A DNA stretch of 64,000 nucleotides from Rhodothermales bacterium. Lineage in GTDB: Bacteria > Bacteroidota > Rhodothermia > Rhodothermales > Bin80. The notes beneath the pieces were generated by a model, which saw only the letters and a program-made list of their open reading frames with translations, was not told the origin of the DNA and searched no databases. The DNA lies in contig OX638318.1 in the NCBI GenBank assembly GCA_951812585.1, positions 1,240,819 through 1,304,818 on the forward strand, in the 5' to 3' direction. Below are positions 42,630 through 53,041 of this stretch, one piece after another (the first letter of the stretch is position 1; each line of letters opens with the position of its first letter). The position numbers were made by a program, and so were the translations under genes.

Positions 42630-44347
42630 GGCCGCTCCTCGCGCCTCTCCATGCTGGTGGGTGCCGTGATGCCGAGCACCGCGAGACCATTGGCGAGCAC
42701 CACGCGGGCAGCCAAGGCCAGGGCCAGGCGTGCCCGGGCAATCTGCCGCGGCTCTCCGAGTATCCGGCAATGGTGATAGAACTGGGAAAACTGTTCGGCT
42801 ACCTCGCGCAGGTATCCGATCATGCGATGGGGCTCCCGCGCCAAGGCAGCAGCACTTAGGGCGGAAGGAAAGCGCACCACCTGACGGATCAGCGCCACTT
42901 CCGCATCGTGCACGAGCAGGGAAAAATCTTCGGAGGCATCAGTCTCAATGCCGATAGACGCCGCCTTGTCCGCGATGGAGCAGATGCGTGCATGGGCGTA
43001 CTGAAGGTAAAACACCGGGTTCTTGTCGCTGGCTTCCTTCGCCAGATCCAGATCAAACTCGAGATGCCGTTTGGCCGAGCGCATCAGAAAAAAGTAGCGC
43101 GCAACATCGGCCCCTACTTCGGTGATGAGCGCATCCAATGTAACAAAGTTTGCTTTGCGCGTGCTCATCTTCACCTCTTTCCCGCCACGCAGCAGCGTCA
43201 CGAACTGATAGATGATGACCTCCACCCTGTCTGCATCCAGCTTAAGCAGTCGCAGCGCGCGCAGTATGTCGGGGTAGGTCGCAATGTGATCGGCCCCGAA
43301 TACATCGATGCAGCGATCAAAGCCACGCCCAATCTTGTCGCAGTGGTAGGCAATATCCGGCAAGCGGTAGGTGGGTTCGCCCGAACTCTTTACCAGCACC
43401 GTATCGCCGTCTTTGCCCAGCGCGGAGGTCTTGAACCAGGTGGCTCCCTCCCGTTGGTAGATGTAGCCGGTATCGCGCAGGGCCTCCAGCACCGCAGCCA
43501 CGGCGCCGGAGTCGTACAGCGACTGCTCATTGAAAAACACATCCATCACGATGCCCAGCCGCTGCAACGTGCCCTTTATGGTCTCGAAGATGGCCGCCTT
43601 GGCCGCACTTGTGAAGGGTGCTTCGTCCTCCGCTGTCAGCAGCGCATCGCCATGCTTCTCTGCCAGCGCTTTCGCAATGGTTATGATGTAGTTTCCGAGG
43701 TACCCGTCGTCAGGAAACGATGCCGGCACTACGACTTCCGCGTCGGTCCCTGTGCGCAGCATCTTCGTCGCGACACCTGCGGCATGCGTCAGCTGCTCAT
43801 AACGACCGCGCACCGAGGCACCCAAGACGCGCATCTGCCGCCCCGCATCGTTGAAATAGTACTCGCGCGTAACATCGTAGCCGATCCACTCAAGGAGGTT
43901 GGCGATGGTGTCACCCAGGACTGCATTGCGCCCGTGGCCAACCGTAAGGGGGCCCGTAGGATTGGCGCTGACAAACTCCACCAGCGCACGCTGCCCTTGG
44001 CCCTTCCGGGAGCGACCGAACTGCAGCCCTGCCGCCAGGCACGCCGCCAGCGACTGGTACAGATGGCGTTTGGAAAAGCGGAAGTTGATGAACCCTGGTC
44101 GCACCACTTCGCAGCGCGCAATACGATCCGCATCCAGCACGAGGCAGGCGGCGATCGCCTCGGCAATCTGCAAAGGCGCGCGCCGCAAATGGCGCGCGAG
44201 CTGCATCGCGCAGTTGGTCGCCAGATCACCGTGCTGCGCAATCCGGGGGGCTTCCAGCTCCGGCTCGAAGCCCTCGGGAACCCCGTCCATCTGGCTGAGC
44301 GCCTGCTGAATTGCTTCCTTCAGGTATTCCTTCATGGCCATCGCCAC
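42626..44347 (-). CDS. argS: Arginine--tRNA ligase
   Basis: 573 aa with class I synthetase features: SANPTGPLTVGHGRN (HIGH-like), the MSTRK loop (KMSKS-like) and a C-terminal DALR anticodon-binding region. Confidence 0.93.
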   Translation of the reverse strand: MAMAMKEYLKEAIQQALSQMDGVPEGFEPELEAPRIAQHGDLATNCAMQLARHLRRAPLQIAEAIAACLVLDADRIARCEVVRPGFINFRFSKRHLYQSLAACLAAGLQFGRSRKGQGQRALVEFVSANPTGPLTVGHGRNAVLGDTIANLLEWIGYDVTREYYFNDAGRQMRVLGASVRGRYEQLTHAAGVATKMLRTGTDAEVVVPASFPDDGYLGNYIITIAKALAEKHGDALLTAEDEAPFTSAAKAAIFETIKGTLQRLGIVMDVFFNEQSLYDSGAVAAVLEALRDTGYIYQREGATWFKTSALGKDGDTVLVKSSGEPTYRLPDIAYHCDKIGRGFDRCIDVFGADHIATYPDILRALRLLKLDADRVEVIIYQFVTLLRGGKEVKMSTRKANFVTLDALITEVGADVARYFFLMRSAKRHLEFDLDLAKEASDKNPVFYLQYAHARICSIADKAASIGIETDASEDFSLLVHDAEVALIRQVVRFPSALSAAALAREPHRMIGYLREVAEQFSQFYHHCRILGEPRQIARARLALALAARVVLANGLAVLGITAPTSMERREERP

Positions 44348-45453
44348 CGGAAGGCGCCGATCGGCGTACGCGGGGACTGGTCCATCGCCAGATCAGCCAG
44401 GGCTTCGCCGATGGCTGCCGACGCCTTGAAGCCGTGTCCAGAGCAGGCGCTGCCTACGACCACCCTGGTGTCGGTACCGCCTAGGTAATCAATAAGGTAG
44501 TGTTTGTCCGGGGTATTGGTATACAAACAGGTCGTTGCAACGGCGCACGGGCCGAGGTAGCGCGGAAACAGCTGTCTGAGATGCTTGCCCAGTGCATCCG
44601 TTTCGGAGTCCCCGATGCGGCGATCAAGGTCGGCGAGATCGTCAACCAGCGTGCCGTGATAATGCAAGCCGGCCTTCATGCCCCGACCCAGATCTGGAAC
44701 TCCATAGCTCTTGACGCCCTTGAATTCCCAGATAAAGGTAGGAAAGTGTTGAGGCCTGAAGATCGGGGCTGTGGTGCTGTACCAGGCATTGATGACGCGC
44801 TCGATCTCGACCGGCGGGCAGGCGCGGCCGAGAACGTCCCGTATGAAAGCCCCCGCGGTCACCACCATCCTGGCCGCATGCAGGACGCGCGACTCCGTCG
44901 TTATTGCAATACCCGCTGCATTGGATTTCCACGAAAGTGCCGAGTCGTTGGTGAGTACCGCGGCACCATGGGCCTGCGCCTGCGCCAGGTGGGCTGCGAC
45001 CGCGCGCTCCGGATGAATGGTACCGGCATCCGGCTCAAAAAGCGCGACTTCGTCTGATCGCAAGTGGTAGGCAGGAAACGCGTCCCGTACGTCTTCAGGC
45101 GTCATTCGCGTCACCGCTACGCCCACGGCCCGCGCACTCGCTTCCGCATCGGCGATCATGGCGCTGTCGCGGTGCGCGATGTTCAAGCAGCCGCAGCGCG
45201 TGATCAGCTGCGCTTGCGCCTCCCCTTCAAGTCTGGTCCAGAGCTCGTAGGCCCGGCTAAGTAGGGGAGCGTACATGCGCCCTTCAAAGTAAGCCCGGCG
45301 GATGATGCGACTGCCCCCATGCGTTGATCCATACGGGTGCGGCGGCACGAACCGGTCCACGCCAATGACGCGTACGCCGCGCCGTGCCAGGTGGTACAAG
45401 GTCGCACTGCCGGCGGCACCCAGGCCCACAACAACCACATCCGCAGTCTGCAT
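44332..45453 (-). CDS. FAD-dependent oxidoreductase, monomeric sarcosine oxidase / N-methyltryptophan oxidase family
   Basis: Track ORF 44332..45723, trimmed to ATG 45453 (MQTADVVVVGLGAAGSATLYHLARRG, a dinucleotide-binding fold). The C-terminal GSACSGHGFK matches the covalent-FAD Cys context of the MSOX/SolA family. Confidence 0.75.
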   Translation of the reverse strand: MQTADVVVVGLGAAGSATLYHLARRGVRVIGVDRFVPPHPYGSTHGGSRIIRRAYFEGRMYAPLLSRAYELWTRLEGEAQAQLITRCGCLNIAHRDSAMIADAEASARAVGVAVTRMTPEDVRDAFPAYHLRSDEVALFEPDAGTIHPERAVAAHLAQAQAHGAAVLTNDSALSWKSNAAGIAITTESRVLHAARMVVTAGAFIRDVLGRACPPVEIERVINAWYSTTAPIFRPQHFPTFIWEFKGVKSYGVPDLGRGMKAGLHYHGTLVDDLADLDRRIGDSETDALGKHLRQLFPRYLGPCAVATTCLYTNTPDKHYLIDYLGGTDTRVVVGSACSGHGFKASAAIGEALADLAMDQSPRTPIGAFRWRWP

Positions 45454-45455
45454 GC

Positions 45456-46709
45456 CTATGCGTAGAGAGAAAGCTCCCGCCGGCGCATACAGAGGTTTAG
45501 CACGATAGCGAGCAGGATCGAGTTCGCGAGGAACGCCGATCCGCCATACGACACCAGTGGAAGCGGAATGCCAATGACCGGCAACAGGCCCAGGACCATG
45601 CCGACATTGATGTAGACTTGCAAGAGTATCAGCCCCGCGGTGCAGGCAATAACCGTGCTGGCGAATGGATGGGTTATCCGGCCCGCAAATCGCACCAGCC
45701 GGATGAGGAGCAGCGCAAAGCACGTCAATAGCCCAATGGCCCCCAGAAAACCCAGTTCTTCTCCTATGACCGAAAAGATGAAGTCAGTCGACTGCTCCGG
45801 AATCCAAGCTCCTTGCGTCTGCGTGCCCTCCATAAAGCCGAGACCACTCAGGCCGCCGGAGCCGATCGCGGCCTTGGATTGCATAAGGTGAAACCCTACG
45901 CCGCTGCGAAACTCTTCAGCCTCAGGATTGGCGAACGCATGAATACGCGCTACATGGTGCGGCTGAAGCAGCTTCTCCATCGCAAAGTACGCGGTGGCGA
46001 TCGTGCCGCCGCTTACCAGCGCCCCTGCACCCGCCAGTATTATATCGCGGTACCAGAAGAATAACGCCAGCGCCAAGGCTGCGGCAAAACCAATGGCGGC
46101 TGGCAGGTACCAGATATAGAGGTACCCCACAATAGCGGGTGTAAGCAGCAGGGTCACCGCCCACAGCGATGTCCCCGTACAAAAGAGCACAACAGGAATC
46201 AGGCCGATAAACGTCAGCGCCGTTCCCGTGTCATTCTGCAGAATGATCAGCACGGCCGGGAGTGACAGCAGCCCAACAGCGATGAGACTCGTATTGCCTG
46301 TGCGGTGCGGCTTGTTCGCCGAAAGGATGCGCGCCACCGCCAAGATGGTACCCACCTTGGCAAGCTCCGACGACTGAAATCCGTACGACCCAATGTAGAC
46401 CCAGGAGCGCGCACCCCCGACTTCACGTCCAAGCATCAGCGCCGCCACGAGCAGGAGGATGCAGACGCCATACCCGACAAACGCCAGTTCCATGTACGGG
46501 CGTACCGGAATCAGGCATACGATTACCATGCCGACCGCCGCCACCCCGACCCACAGCAGCTGCCGATCAAAGTTGTTCTTCATGCTGCCGCCCAGGTACT
46601 GGTGTGCCTCGCCCTGCGTGGCGCTGTAAATCGCTACCAGGCCGATTGCTGCAAGGCACAGCCAACACAGGATGATCCAGTAGTCCAGGTTCTTGACCCA
46701 GGTGCTCAT
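45456..46709 (-). CDS. rodA: Rod shape-determining protein RodA (SEDS family)
   Basis: Track ORF 45456..46868, trimmed to ATG 46709 (MSTWVKNLDYWIILCWLCLAAIGLVAIYSAT). It is a 10-TM SEDS protein (SDFIFSVIGEELGF, PLPLVSYGGSA) located directly downstream of mrdA. Confidence 0.9.
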   Translation of the reverse strand: MSTWVKNLDYWIILCWLCLAAIGLVAIYSATQGEAHQYLGGSMKNNFDRQLLWVGVAAVGMVIVCLIPVRPYMELAFVGYGVCILLLVAALMLGREVGGARSWVYIGSYGFQSSELAKVGTILAVARILSANKPHRTGNTSLIAVGLLSLPAVLIILQNDTGTALTFIGLIPVVLFCTGTSLWAVTLLLTPAIVGYLYIWYLPAAIGFAAALALALFFWYRDIILAGAGALVSGGTIATAYFAMEKLLQPHHVARIHAFANPEAEEFRSGVGFHLMQSKAAIGSGGLSGLGFMEGTQTQGAWIPEQSTDFIFSVIGEELGFLGAIGLLTCFALLLIRLVRFAGRITHPFASTVIACTAGLILLQVYINVGMVLGLLPVIGIPLPLVSYGGSAFLANSILLAIVLNLCMRRRELSLYA

Positions 46710-46711
46710 GA

Positions 46712-48535
46712 TTATTCCGTCAGGAGTGCCTGGCTGCTGGCCATCATCGCGCGGCCGAGCCGCAGACTTTTCGATGGCGACTCCGGCACTGCACCCTTGA
46801 GGTAGCGCTCCGCCAGAAGGCTCGCGATGGGCGCGGCGCACATGCCGCTGCTGCCCGTATTTTCGCACTGCACGGCCACGGCGATCCTAGGCTCTTCGTA
46901 GGGCGCGAACATCACAAAGACCGAATGGTCCGTCATGCCCATCGGGGCCTGCGCGGTGCCCGTCTTGCCACCGCTGGCGATCCCCGGAATCTGCATAGCT
47001 CTGCCCGTGCCCGTCTCCATGACACGCTTAAGGCCCTGGCGCACCAGGCTAAAGTACGCGGTATCCACGGGAATGCGCACCGGCTCTGGCGCAAAGTGGA
47101 TGGTGTCGCCCGTAGCCGGGTTGGCCAGAAAGGACACCAGGCGTGGCTCGTGAAGCCATCCGCCGTTGGCTACTGCCGCAATGTAGCGGACCAACTGCAA
47201 GGGCGTGACCCCCATGTCGCCTTGCCCGACGCCGAGATTCATAAGCGTCCCCATCCCCCAAGTAGCGTATCGGTCGTTGAAGTAGGCTGAATCTGGAATG
47301 AGGCCGGTGGTCTGCTCGCGAATATCGGAGGGGGCCCGCTGCCCAAAGCCGAAACTGTTCGCGTAGCGCCTGAAAGTGCCGAGGTCCATCCGACGCGCCA
47401 TCTCAAAAAAGAACGTGTTGCAGCTGTTCTCCAGGGCCTGGACCACATCTTGCGAACCGTGCACGCCCAGACATCGGAAAATGTGCCCGCCTCCCAGGGG
47501 ATGATAGCCTCCGCAGAACACTGTGCTGTTCGGCCCTGTGGGAGCAATGAGCCCTGCGTCCAGGCTCATGAGCGCCATCAAAGGCTTCCATGTGGATCCC
47601 GGCGGCATCTGGTTCATCGAGACGCGATTGTACAGCAGCTTGTCGGAATGGTCCACGATGGCGCGCCATGCGGGCTGGTTTATGCCGCCCGTGAAAAGCC
47701 CCAGGTCAAAGTCGGGCGCACTGTGCAGCACCAGGACACCGCCGGTGGCCACATCCAGGGCAACGGCAGCACCACGCTTGTTTACGAAAAGGGATTCCGC
47801 CAGCGCCTGCACGCCCGCATCCATGGCCAAGTGTATATCGTAGCCGCTGACCGGTGCCTCATCCCCCTTGCCGTCGAGATACGGCTTGACTTCAAGGCCG
47901 TGTACATTGACGACGCGCAATGCGCTGCCGGGGATGCCGCGAAGGTACGTTTCGTACGAGCGCTCCACCCCGGTGCGGCCCAGAAGATCGCCCTGGGTGT
48001 AGAAGCGGGGCTGCTCCTGAATGTCCAGTTCCTCGCGGGTTATTTCGCTGATGTAGCCGAGCGCATGAGAGGCGCGCGCATCCGACAGATAGCGCCGCTT
48101 CTGGCTTATCTCATCGTCCACCCCTGGCAATCGGAAAAGATCTTCCTGAATACGGCTGTAGCGCTCAAAAGGCACATCAGTAAAGGAAATGCTGGGGCGG
48201 TATGGGGTCCATTCGCGGGCTTCTGCCAGCTTGGCCTCCACCACCGAGTCCTCCACGCCAAGATGGCGCGCCAACAGCGCTGTCTTGTCTTCCACGAAGT
48301 AGCGTGGCGTCAGCGTGATCGCATACGAAGGTTCGTTATGAACCATCAGCACACCATGCCGGTCGTAAATTGCACCGCGTGCGGGCAAGAGGCGCAGGGT
48401 GCGCAGCGCGTTGCCTCTCGAAACCTCCTGGGCATCGCCCCGCCCAATGATCTGTAGCCCAAAGAGGCGACCGGCCAGCAGCCCGATCGACAGCAAGATT
48501 GCGGCAATAAAGATGGTTACCTTGTAGTCGGGCAT
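46712..48535 (-). CDS. mrdA: Penicillin-binding protein 2 (elongasome transpeptidase)
   Basis: 607 aa with an N-terminal TM anchor, a dimerisation domain, and a transpeptidase domain carrying GSTWKP (SxxK) and KTGTAQ (KTG). Confidence 0.9.
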   Translation of the reverse strand: MPDYKVTIFIAAILLSIGLLAGRLFGLQIIGRGDAQEVSRGNALRTLRLLPARGAIYDRHGVLMVHNEPSYAITLTPRYFVEDKTALLARHLGVEDSVVEAKLAEAREWTPYRPSISFTDVPFERYSRIQEDLFRLPGVDDEISQKRRYLSDARASHALGYISEITREELDIQEQPRFYTQGDLLGRTGVERSYETYLRGIPGSALRVVNVHGLEVKPYLDGKGDEAPVSGYDIHLAMDAGVQALAESLFVNKRGAAVALDVATGGVLVLHSAPDFDLGLFTGGINQPAWRAIVDHSDKLLYNRVSMNQMPPGSTWKPLMALMSLDAGLIAPTGPNSTVFCGGYHPLGGGHIFRCLGVHGSQDVVQALENSCNTFFFEMARRMDLGTFRRYANSFGFGQRAPSDIREQTTGLIPDSAYFNDRYATWGMGTLMNLGVGQGDMGVTPLQLVRYIAAVANGGWLHEPRLVSFLANPATGDTIHFAPEPVRIPVDTAYFSLVRQGLKRVMETGTGRAMQIPGIASGGKTGTAQAPMGMTDHSVFVMFAPYEEPRIAVAVQCENTGSSGMCAAPIASLLAERYLKGAVPESPSKSLRLGRAMMASSQALLTE

Positions 48536-48668
48536 GCCGAAAGGTACTTACGTCGTTGGCACAGTGTTTGCGCCGGTTCGCTTACACGGCTCGTCGATTT
48601 TCTGGTTGCTCCTGCAACCGCCAGTGCTGCTACTTGTTACACGCTATGCGATACCCCACCCAAACGCC

Positions 48669-51600
48669 ATGAGATCTCTCGCCATACCGGCTGTCCTGAG
48701 CGTTGCAACACTCCTCGCCCCATGCAGTGACGCATTCGGCCAAGGGTTTGGCCGCAACAAGGTACAGTATGACAGCTTCCAGTTTCGCAGCTTCAAGACG
48801 CAGCACTTCGAATTCTACTACTATCCGGAGGAGAAGGAGGCGGTGACGGATGCGGCCCGCATGGGCGAGCGCTGGTACCGCCGGCATGCGCGCACGTTCT
48901 TGCGCGAATTCTACGATCGCAAGCCGATCATCTTTTACGCCAACGATGCGGACTTCCAGCAGACGAATGTTATCGGGGGCTTTATTGGGCAGGGCATCGG
49001 GGGCGTAACCGAAAGTCGCAAGGAGCGAGTCGTCATGCCGCTGACGGGCATCTACAGCGAAACGGATCATGTTCTGGGGCACGAGCTGGTGCACTCCTTC
49101 CAGTACGATATTGGGCTGATGCGCGACGACAGCTCGCGCTTTTCGATGCAGCAGCTCCCGCTGTGGCTGATGGAGGGCATGGCGGAGTACCTGTCCGTGG
49201 GACGGGAGGACGCGAATACGGCCATGTGGATGCGCGATGCCGCACTCAGGGACGACCTGCCCACCATCGAGGACTTGAGCAAAAGCAACAAGTATTCTCC
49301 TTATCGCTATGGGCAGGCGTACCTGGCCTACATCGGTGGCAAGTACGGCGACGCTGCCGTAGCCAACCTGTTCAAGCTGGGTGGGCGCACCGGCTTGGAC
49401 TCGGCGTTCGTCTATACCATCGGAATCCGCGCCGATTCGTTGTCGACGGAGTGGGCCGGGGCAATTCGGGAAGCGTATCTGCCGCTGATGGAGGCGCGCG
49501 TGCACCCCGACAGTGCAGGCCGTCCGGTGGTCACAAAGGCGCAAACCGACGTTAACCTGCACCTGTCGCCTGCGATCAGTCCGGACGGTCAGTATGTGGC
49601 GTATCTGTCCAACCAGGATGTGTTCAACATAAACCTGTTCATTGCTGACGCGAACACGGGCAAATCCATCCGAAAGCTGCGGGCCACCAATTCCAATCCG
49701 CACTTCGACAACATCCGCTTCATCAACTCTGCCGGCTCGTGGTCGCCGGATGGCAAGAAGTTCGCCTTCGTGACCTTTGCCCAGGGCGACAATGAGCTGT
49801 CCATCTGGGATCTGGACAGCGGCAGTGTGGAGCGCCGCGTGCGTGTGGCAGGCGTCAGTGCATTTAGCAATCCCGCGTGGTCTCCGAATGGGCGCGAAAT
49901 CGCGTTCAGCGGGGTGGATGGCGGCATCAGTGACCTGTACGTGCTGGACCTGAATACCAGCAATGTGCGGCAGCTCACCAACGATCGGTACGCCGACCTG
50001 CATCCCGCGTGGTCGCCGGATGGCCAGACTATCGCCGTGGTTAGCGACCGCGGGCCGGACGGCTCCAACTTCGAGACGCTGGAGTATGCCGAAACACGGT
50101 TCACGCTGGTCGACGCGCATAGCGGAACCATGGAAACGATTCGGCCCTTCACGCGCGGCAAGCACATCAACCCGCAGTTTTCGCCGGACGGGCGGAGCCT
50201 GTACTTCATCAGCGATCAGGATGGTTTTTCTGACATCTATCGCTACGCCTTGGCCGAGGGCGAAATCTACCGGGTTACCAATCTGAAGACGGGCGTAAGC
50301 GGCATCACGAAGCTCTCGCCGACCATGACGGTAGCAGCCCAGAACGGGCGCGTCATATACTCGGTGTTTTTTGACCGTAGTTACAACATTTTTGCGCTGA
50401 ATGCGGAAGAGGCTCAAGGCACGCTCATATCTGCACCTGCAGAGGGAGTCGCCATGGCCAGTGTGTTGCCTCCGTACAGCGCGGTCAACGATGGCCTGGT
50501 GGCTGACTATCTGGATGATCCCCTGACAGGGCTGCCTGAACCCGCACCGGTGGATGACACCTCGTACAATTCCAGGCTCAAACTGGACTATGTGGCTCCG
50601 CCGACGCTGGGCGTCACCAGCAGTAGCTACTACGGGTACGGCAGCGGCGTTTACGGCGGCATCGGGTTTTTCTTCAGCGACATGCTGGGCAATAAGGAGC
50701 TAATCCTGGTTGCCCAGGCCAATGGCACCTTCAAGGATGTCGGCGCCCAGACCCGGTACATGAACCGGGGGAGGCGCTTCAACTACGGCGGATTGATCGG
50801 CCATACGCCCATTGTTTACGGGTACCCGCAGGGTGGTTATGACCAGTTCGGCAACCTTGTTTACGTCGACCTTCGGCGGCGCATTTTTGTGGATCAGATG
50901 ATCGGCATCGGTGCTTACCCATTCACCACCACCAGACGCGTGGAGGTCTTCGCCGGATTCTCGCGCTACTCCTTTGACTATGAGCTGATCCAGATTGTCA
51001 GTTCACCCTTCGGGCAGTCGAGGCAGCGGCTGCGTTTTGACAAGTGCAGCGACCTGACGCTGGAGGAGGTACTGGAGGCGATTACGTGCGAGCCGGACGC
51101 CATCAACCTGGCCCAAGTTGGGGTGGCGTATGTGGGAGACTTTTCCAACTTCGGATTCACCTCGCCGATGCAGGGCGGGCGGTATCGCTTTCAGGTTGCT
51201 CCGCGGATAGGCTCCAACCAATTCCTTTCGGTGCTTGCCGACTACCGTCGCTACTTCTTCCTGTCGCCGATCACCTTTGCGGTGCGCGGTATGCATAGCG
51301 GTAACTACGGGCCGAATCTGGACGAATCTGGTGTATTCGCCCGTGAGTATCTGGATGTGCCTTACTACCCGGGCTTCTTGCGCGGCTACAGCCGGTATTC
51401 ATTTGAAGGGGCGGAATGCCGCGATGCGAATTGCAGCGTATTCTCGCGGCTGGAGGGTTCGCGCCTCGCGATGATGAGCGCGGAGATACGCCTCCCTGTA
51501 TTTGGTACGGATGCGGTGGGCCTCATCAACTTTCCGTACTTGCCGGTCGAGCTTGTCGGCTTTGCCGATACGGGCCTGGCTTGGACCCGGGGCGACGATC

Positions 51601-51779
51601 CCTTCAAGCTCTTAAAGTGGGAAACGGACGCGCCCGGACGTTATCCGGTCACGAGCGTCGGCACCTCGGCCCGCGTGAACATTCTGGGCTATATCGTGTG
51701 CGAGTTCTACTATGCGTACCCCTTCCAGCGCCCGGACCAAGGCGCGCATTTCGGCTTCTTGTTCAGTCCTGGCTGGTAG
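48669..51779 (+). CDS. Large secreted/outer-membrane protein: HExxH metallopeptidase-like N-domain + PD40/TolB-like propeller repeats + C-terminal beta-barrel-like region
   Basis: Track ORF 48534.., trimmed to ATG 48669 (MRSLAIPAVLSVATLLAPCSDAFG signal). It has HVLGHELVHSFQ (HExxH) and five PD40 motifs (SPDGQYVAY, SPDGKKFAF, SPNGREIAF, SPDGQTIAV, SPDGRSLYF). The last ~450 aa are rich in alternating aromatic strands and end in ..FGFLFSPGW*. Confidence 0.65.
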   Translation: MRSLAIPAVLSVATLLAPCSDAFGQGFGRNKVQYDSFQFRSFKTQHFEFYYYPEEKEAVTDAARMGERWYRRHARTFLREFYDRKPIIFYANDADFQQTNVIGGFIGQGIGGVTESRKERVVMPLTGIYSETDHVLGHELVHSFQYDIGLMRDDSSRFSMQQLPLWLMEGMAEYLSVGREDANTAMWMRDAALRDDLPTIEDLSKSNKYSPYRYGQAYLAYIGGKYGDAAVANLFKLGGRTGLDSAFVYTIGIRADSLSTEWAGAIREAYLPLMEARVHPDSAGRPVVTKAQTDVNLHLSPAISPDGQYVAYLSNQDVFNINLFIADANTGKSIRKLRATNSNPHFDNIRFINSAGSWSPDGKKFAFVTFAQGDNELSIWDLDSGSVERRVRVAGVSAFSNPAWSPNGREIAFSGVDGGISDLYVLDLNTSNVRQLTNDRYADLHPAWSPDGQTIAVVSDRGPDGSNFETLEYAETRFTLVDAHSGTMETIRPFTRGKHINPQFSPDGRSLYFISDQDGFSDIYRYALAEGEIYRVTNLKTGVSGITKLSPTMTVAAQNGRVIYSVFFDRSYNIFALNAEEAQGTLISAPAEGVAMASVLPPYSAVNDGLVADYLDDPLTGLPEPAPVDDTSYNSRLKLDYVAPPTLGVTSSSYYGYGSGVYGGIGFFFSDMLGNKELILVAQANGTFKDVGAQTRYMNRGRRFNYGGLIGHTPIVYGYPQGGYDQFGNLVYVDLRRRIFVDQMIGIGAYPFTTTRRVEVFAGFSRYSFDYELIQIVSSPFGQSRQRLRFDKCSDLTLEEVLEAITCEPDAINLAQVGVAYVGDFSNFGFTSPMQGGRYRFQVAPRIGSNQFLSVLADYRRYFFLSPITFAVRGMHSGNYGPNLDESGVFAREYLDVPYYPGFLRGYSRYSFEGAECRDANCSVFSRLEGSRLAMMSAEIRLPVFGTDAVGLINFPYLPVELVGFADTGLAWTRGDDPFKLLKWETDAPGRYPVTSVGTSARVNILGYIVCEFYYAYPFQRPDQGAHFGFLFSPGW

Positions 51780-51833
51780 CGCCTGACTTATGGGTCGGGG
51801 CCGGCATTGCCAGCGCCCGCCGGTGCCGTGAGC

Positions 51834-52940
51834 ATGTATAGCGTTTTTCGGCGTTGGCTTTTTCAGCTTGCCCCGGAGCAAGCCCATGCGGCCGGGTTTG
51901 CCGCTGCACAGGTCGCCCAGATCTTCGCTCGCCGCGATGTGCAAGAGCGATTTTCCTACGCGTCCCCGGTCCTTTCGCAGCGCTTAGCAGGTATTTACTT
52001 TCCCAATCCTGTGGGCTTGGCCGCTGGCTTTGACAAGGACGCCCGCCTGCTGCCATTCTGGGAGCTAATGGGCTTGGGCTACGTCGAAGCCGGATCTGTC
52101 ACAGCGCACCGCTCCAGGGGCAATGCGCGCCCGCGGGCGTTTCGATTGCCTTTGGATTCGGCGATCATCAACCGGATGGGGCTTCCTAATCAAGGAGCCC
52201 GGCGTGTCGCCCGGCGCATTGCGCGGGTTCACAAGCAATGCCGCATCCCGCTCGGCATCAGCCTGGCCAACTCGCACGCACCGCATGCTGAGGTGGTGGC
52301 AGCGGCGGATGACTATCGGCGCAGCTTTATGCGCCTGGCCCCGCTGGCGGACTATGTGACACTCAACATTTCCTGTCCCAACACCGCGCACGGCAAGACC
52401 TTTGAACATCCCCCGTCCCTGAATGTGCTCCTGGAGGTGATCTTCAGGCAACGCGCGGCGCAGCAGTTGGACATCCCCGTATTCCTCAAGCTTTCGCCGC
52501 CCGCATCCGCGCGCATCGTGTTCGACAGTCAGATCGAGGAAATCCTTTCCATAGGGCAGTTCTACGGTGTCCACGGATATATTGCATGCAATACGGCCTC
52601 CGACCGGGTGGGACTGCAGACTGGTGCCGCCGCGCTGGCCGAGATCGGTGCCGGCGGCCTGAGCGGCCCACCCCTGAGGGCGCGCAGCGTACACCTGGTG
52701 AGGTACCTCTATCGCCGCCTGCAGTCTGGGCAGGTCATACTCGGCGTGGGCGGTATCGACTCGGCACTGGCAGCCTATGAAATGATACGCGCGGGCGCGT
52801 CACTCGTGCAGCTTTACACGGGGCTGGTGTACAAGGGGCCGGAGGTCGTACGAGCCATCAACGAAGGCCTGGTGGCCTTGTGTGCGCGCGATGGCCTTGG
52901 TTCTATTGCAGACGCCGTGGGAACTGACGCAGCGCAGTAG
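51834..52940 (+). CDS. pyrD: Dihydroorotate dehydrogenase, class-2-like (quinone-type architecture)
   Basis: Track ORF 51807.., trimmed to ATG 51834 (MYSVFRRWLFQLAPEQAH, a class-2-type N-terminal extension). Motifs include NRMGLPNQG, LNISCPNT, GGLSGPPL and VGGIDSALAAYEMIRAGASLVQLYTGLVYKGP. Confidence 0.85.
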   Translation: MYSVFRRWLFQLAPEQAHAAGFAAAQVAQIFARRDVQERFSYASPVLSQRLAGIYFPNPVGLAAGFDKDARLLPFWELMGLGYVEAGSVTAHRSRGNARPRAFRLPLDSAIINRMGLPNQGARRVARRIARVHKQCRIPLGISLANSHAPHAEVVAAADDYRRSFMRLAPLADYVTLNISCPNTAHGKTFEHPPSLNVLLEVIFRQRAAQQLDIPVFLKLSPPASARIVFDSQIEEILSIGQFYGVHGYIACNTASDRVGLQTGAAALAEIGAGGLSGPPLRARSVHLVRYLYRRLQSGQVILGVGGIDSALAAYEMIRAGASLVQLYTGLVYKGPEVVRAINEGLVALCARDGLGSIADAVGTDAAQ

Positions 52941-53041
52941 CATGGCCCGGGCGGATACAGCACCCTGCCCTGCGGTCCGAGTGCCTGCACGAATATCTGA
53001 TTGCATAGATTAAGCGGCACAGCCCAACTGCATGCACCCCT

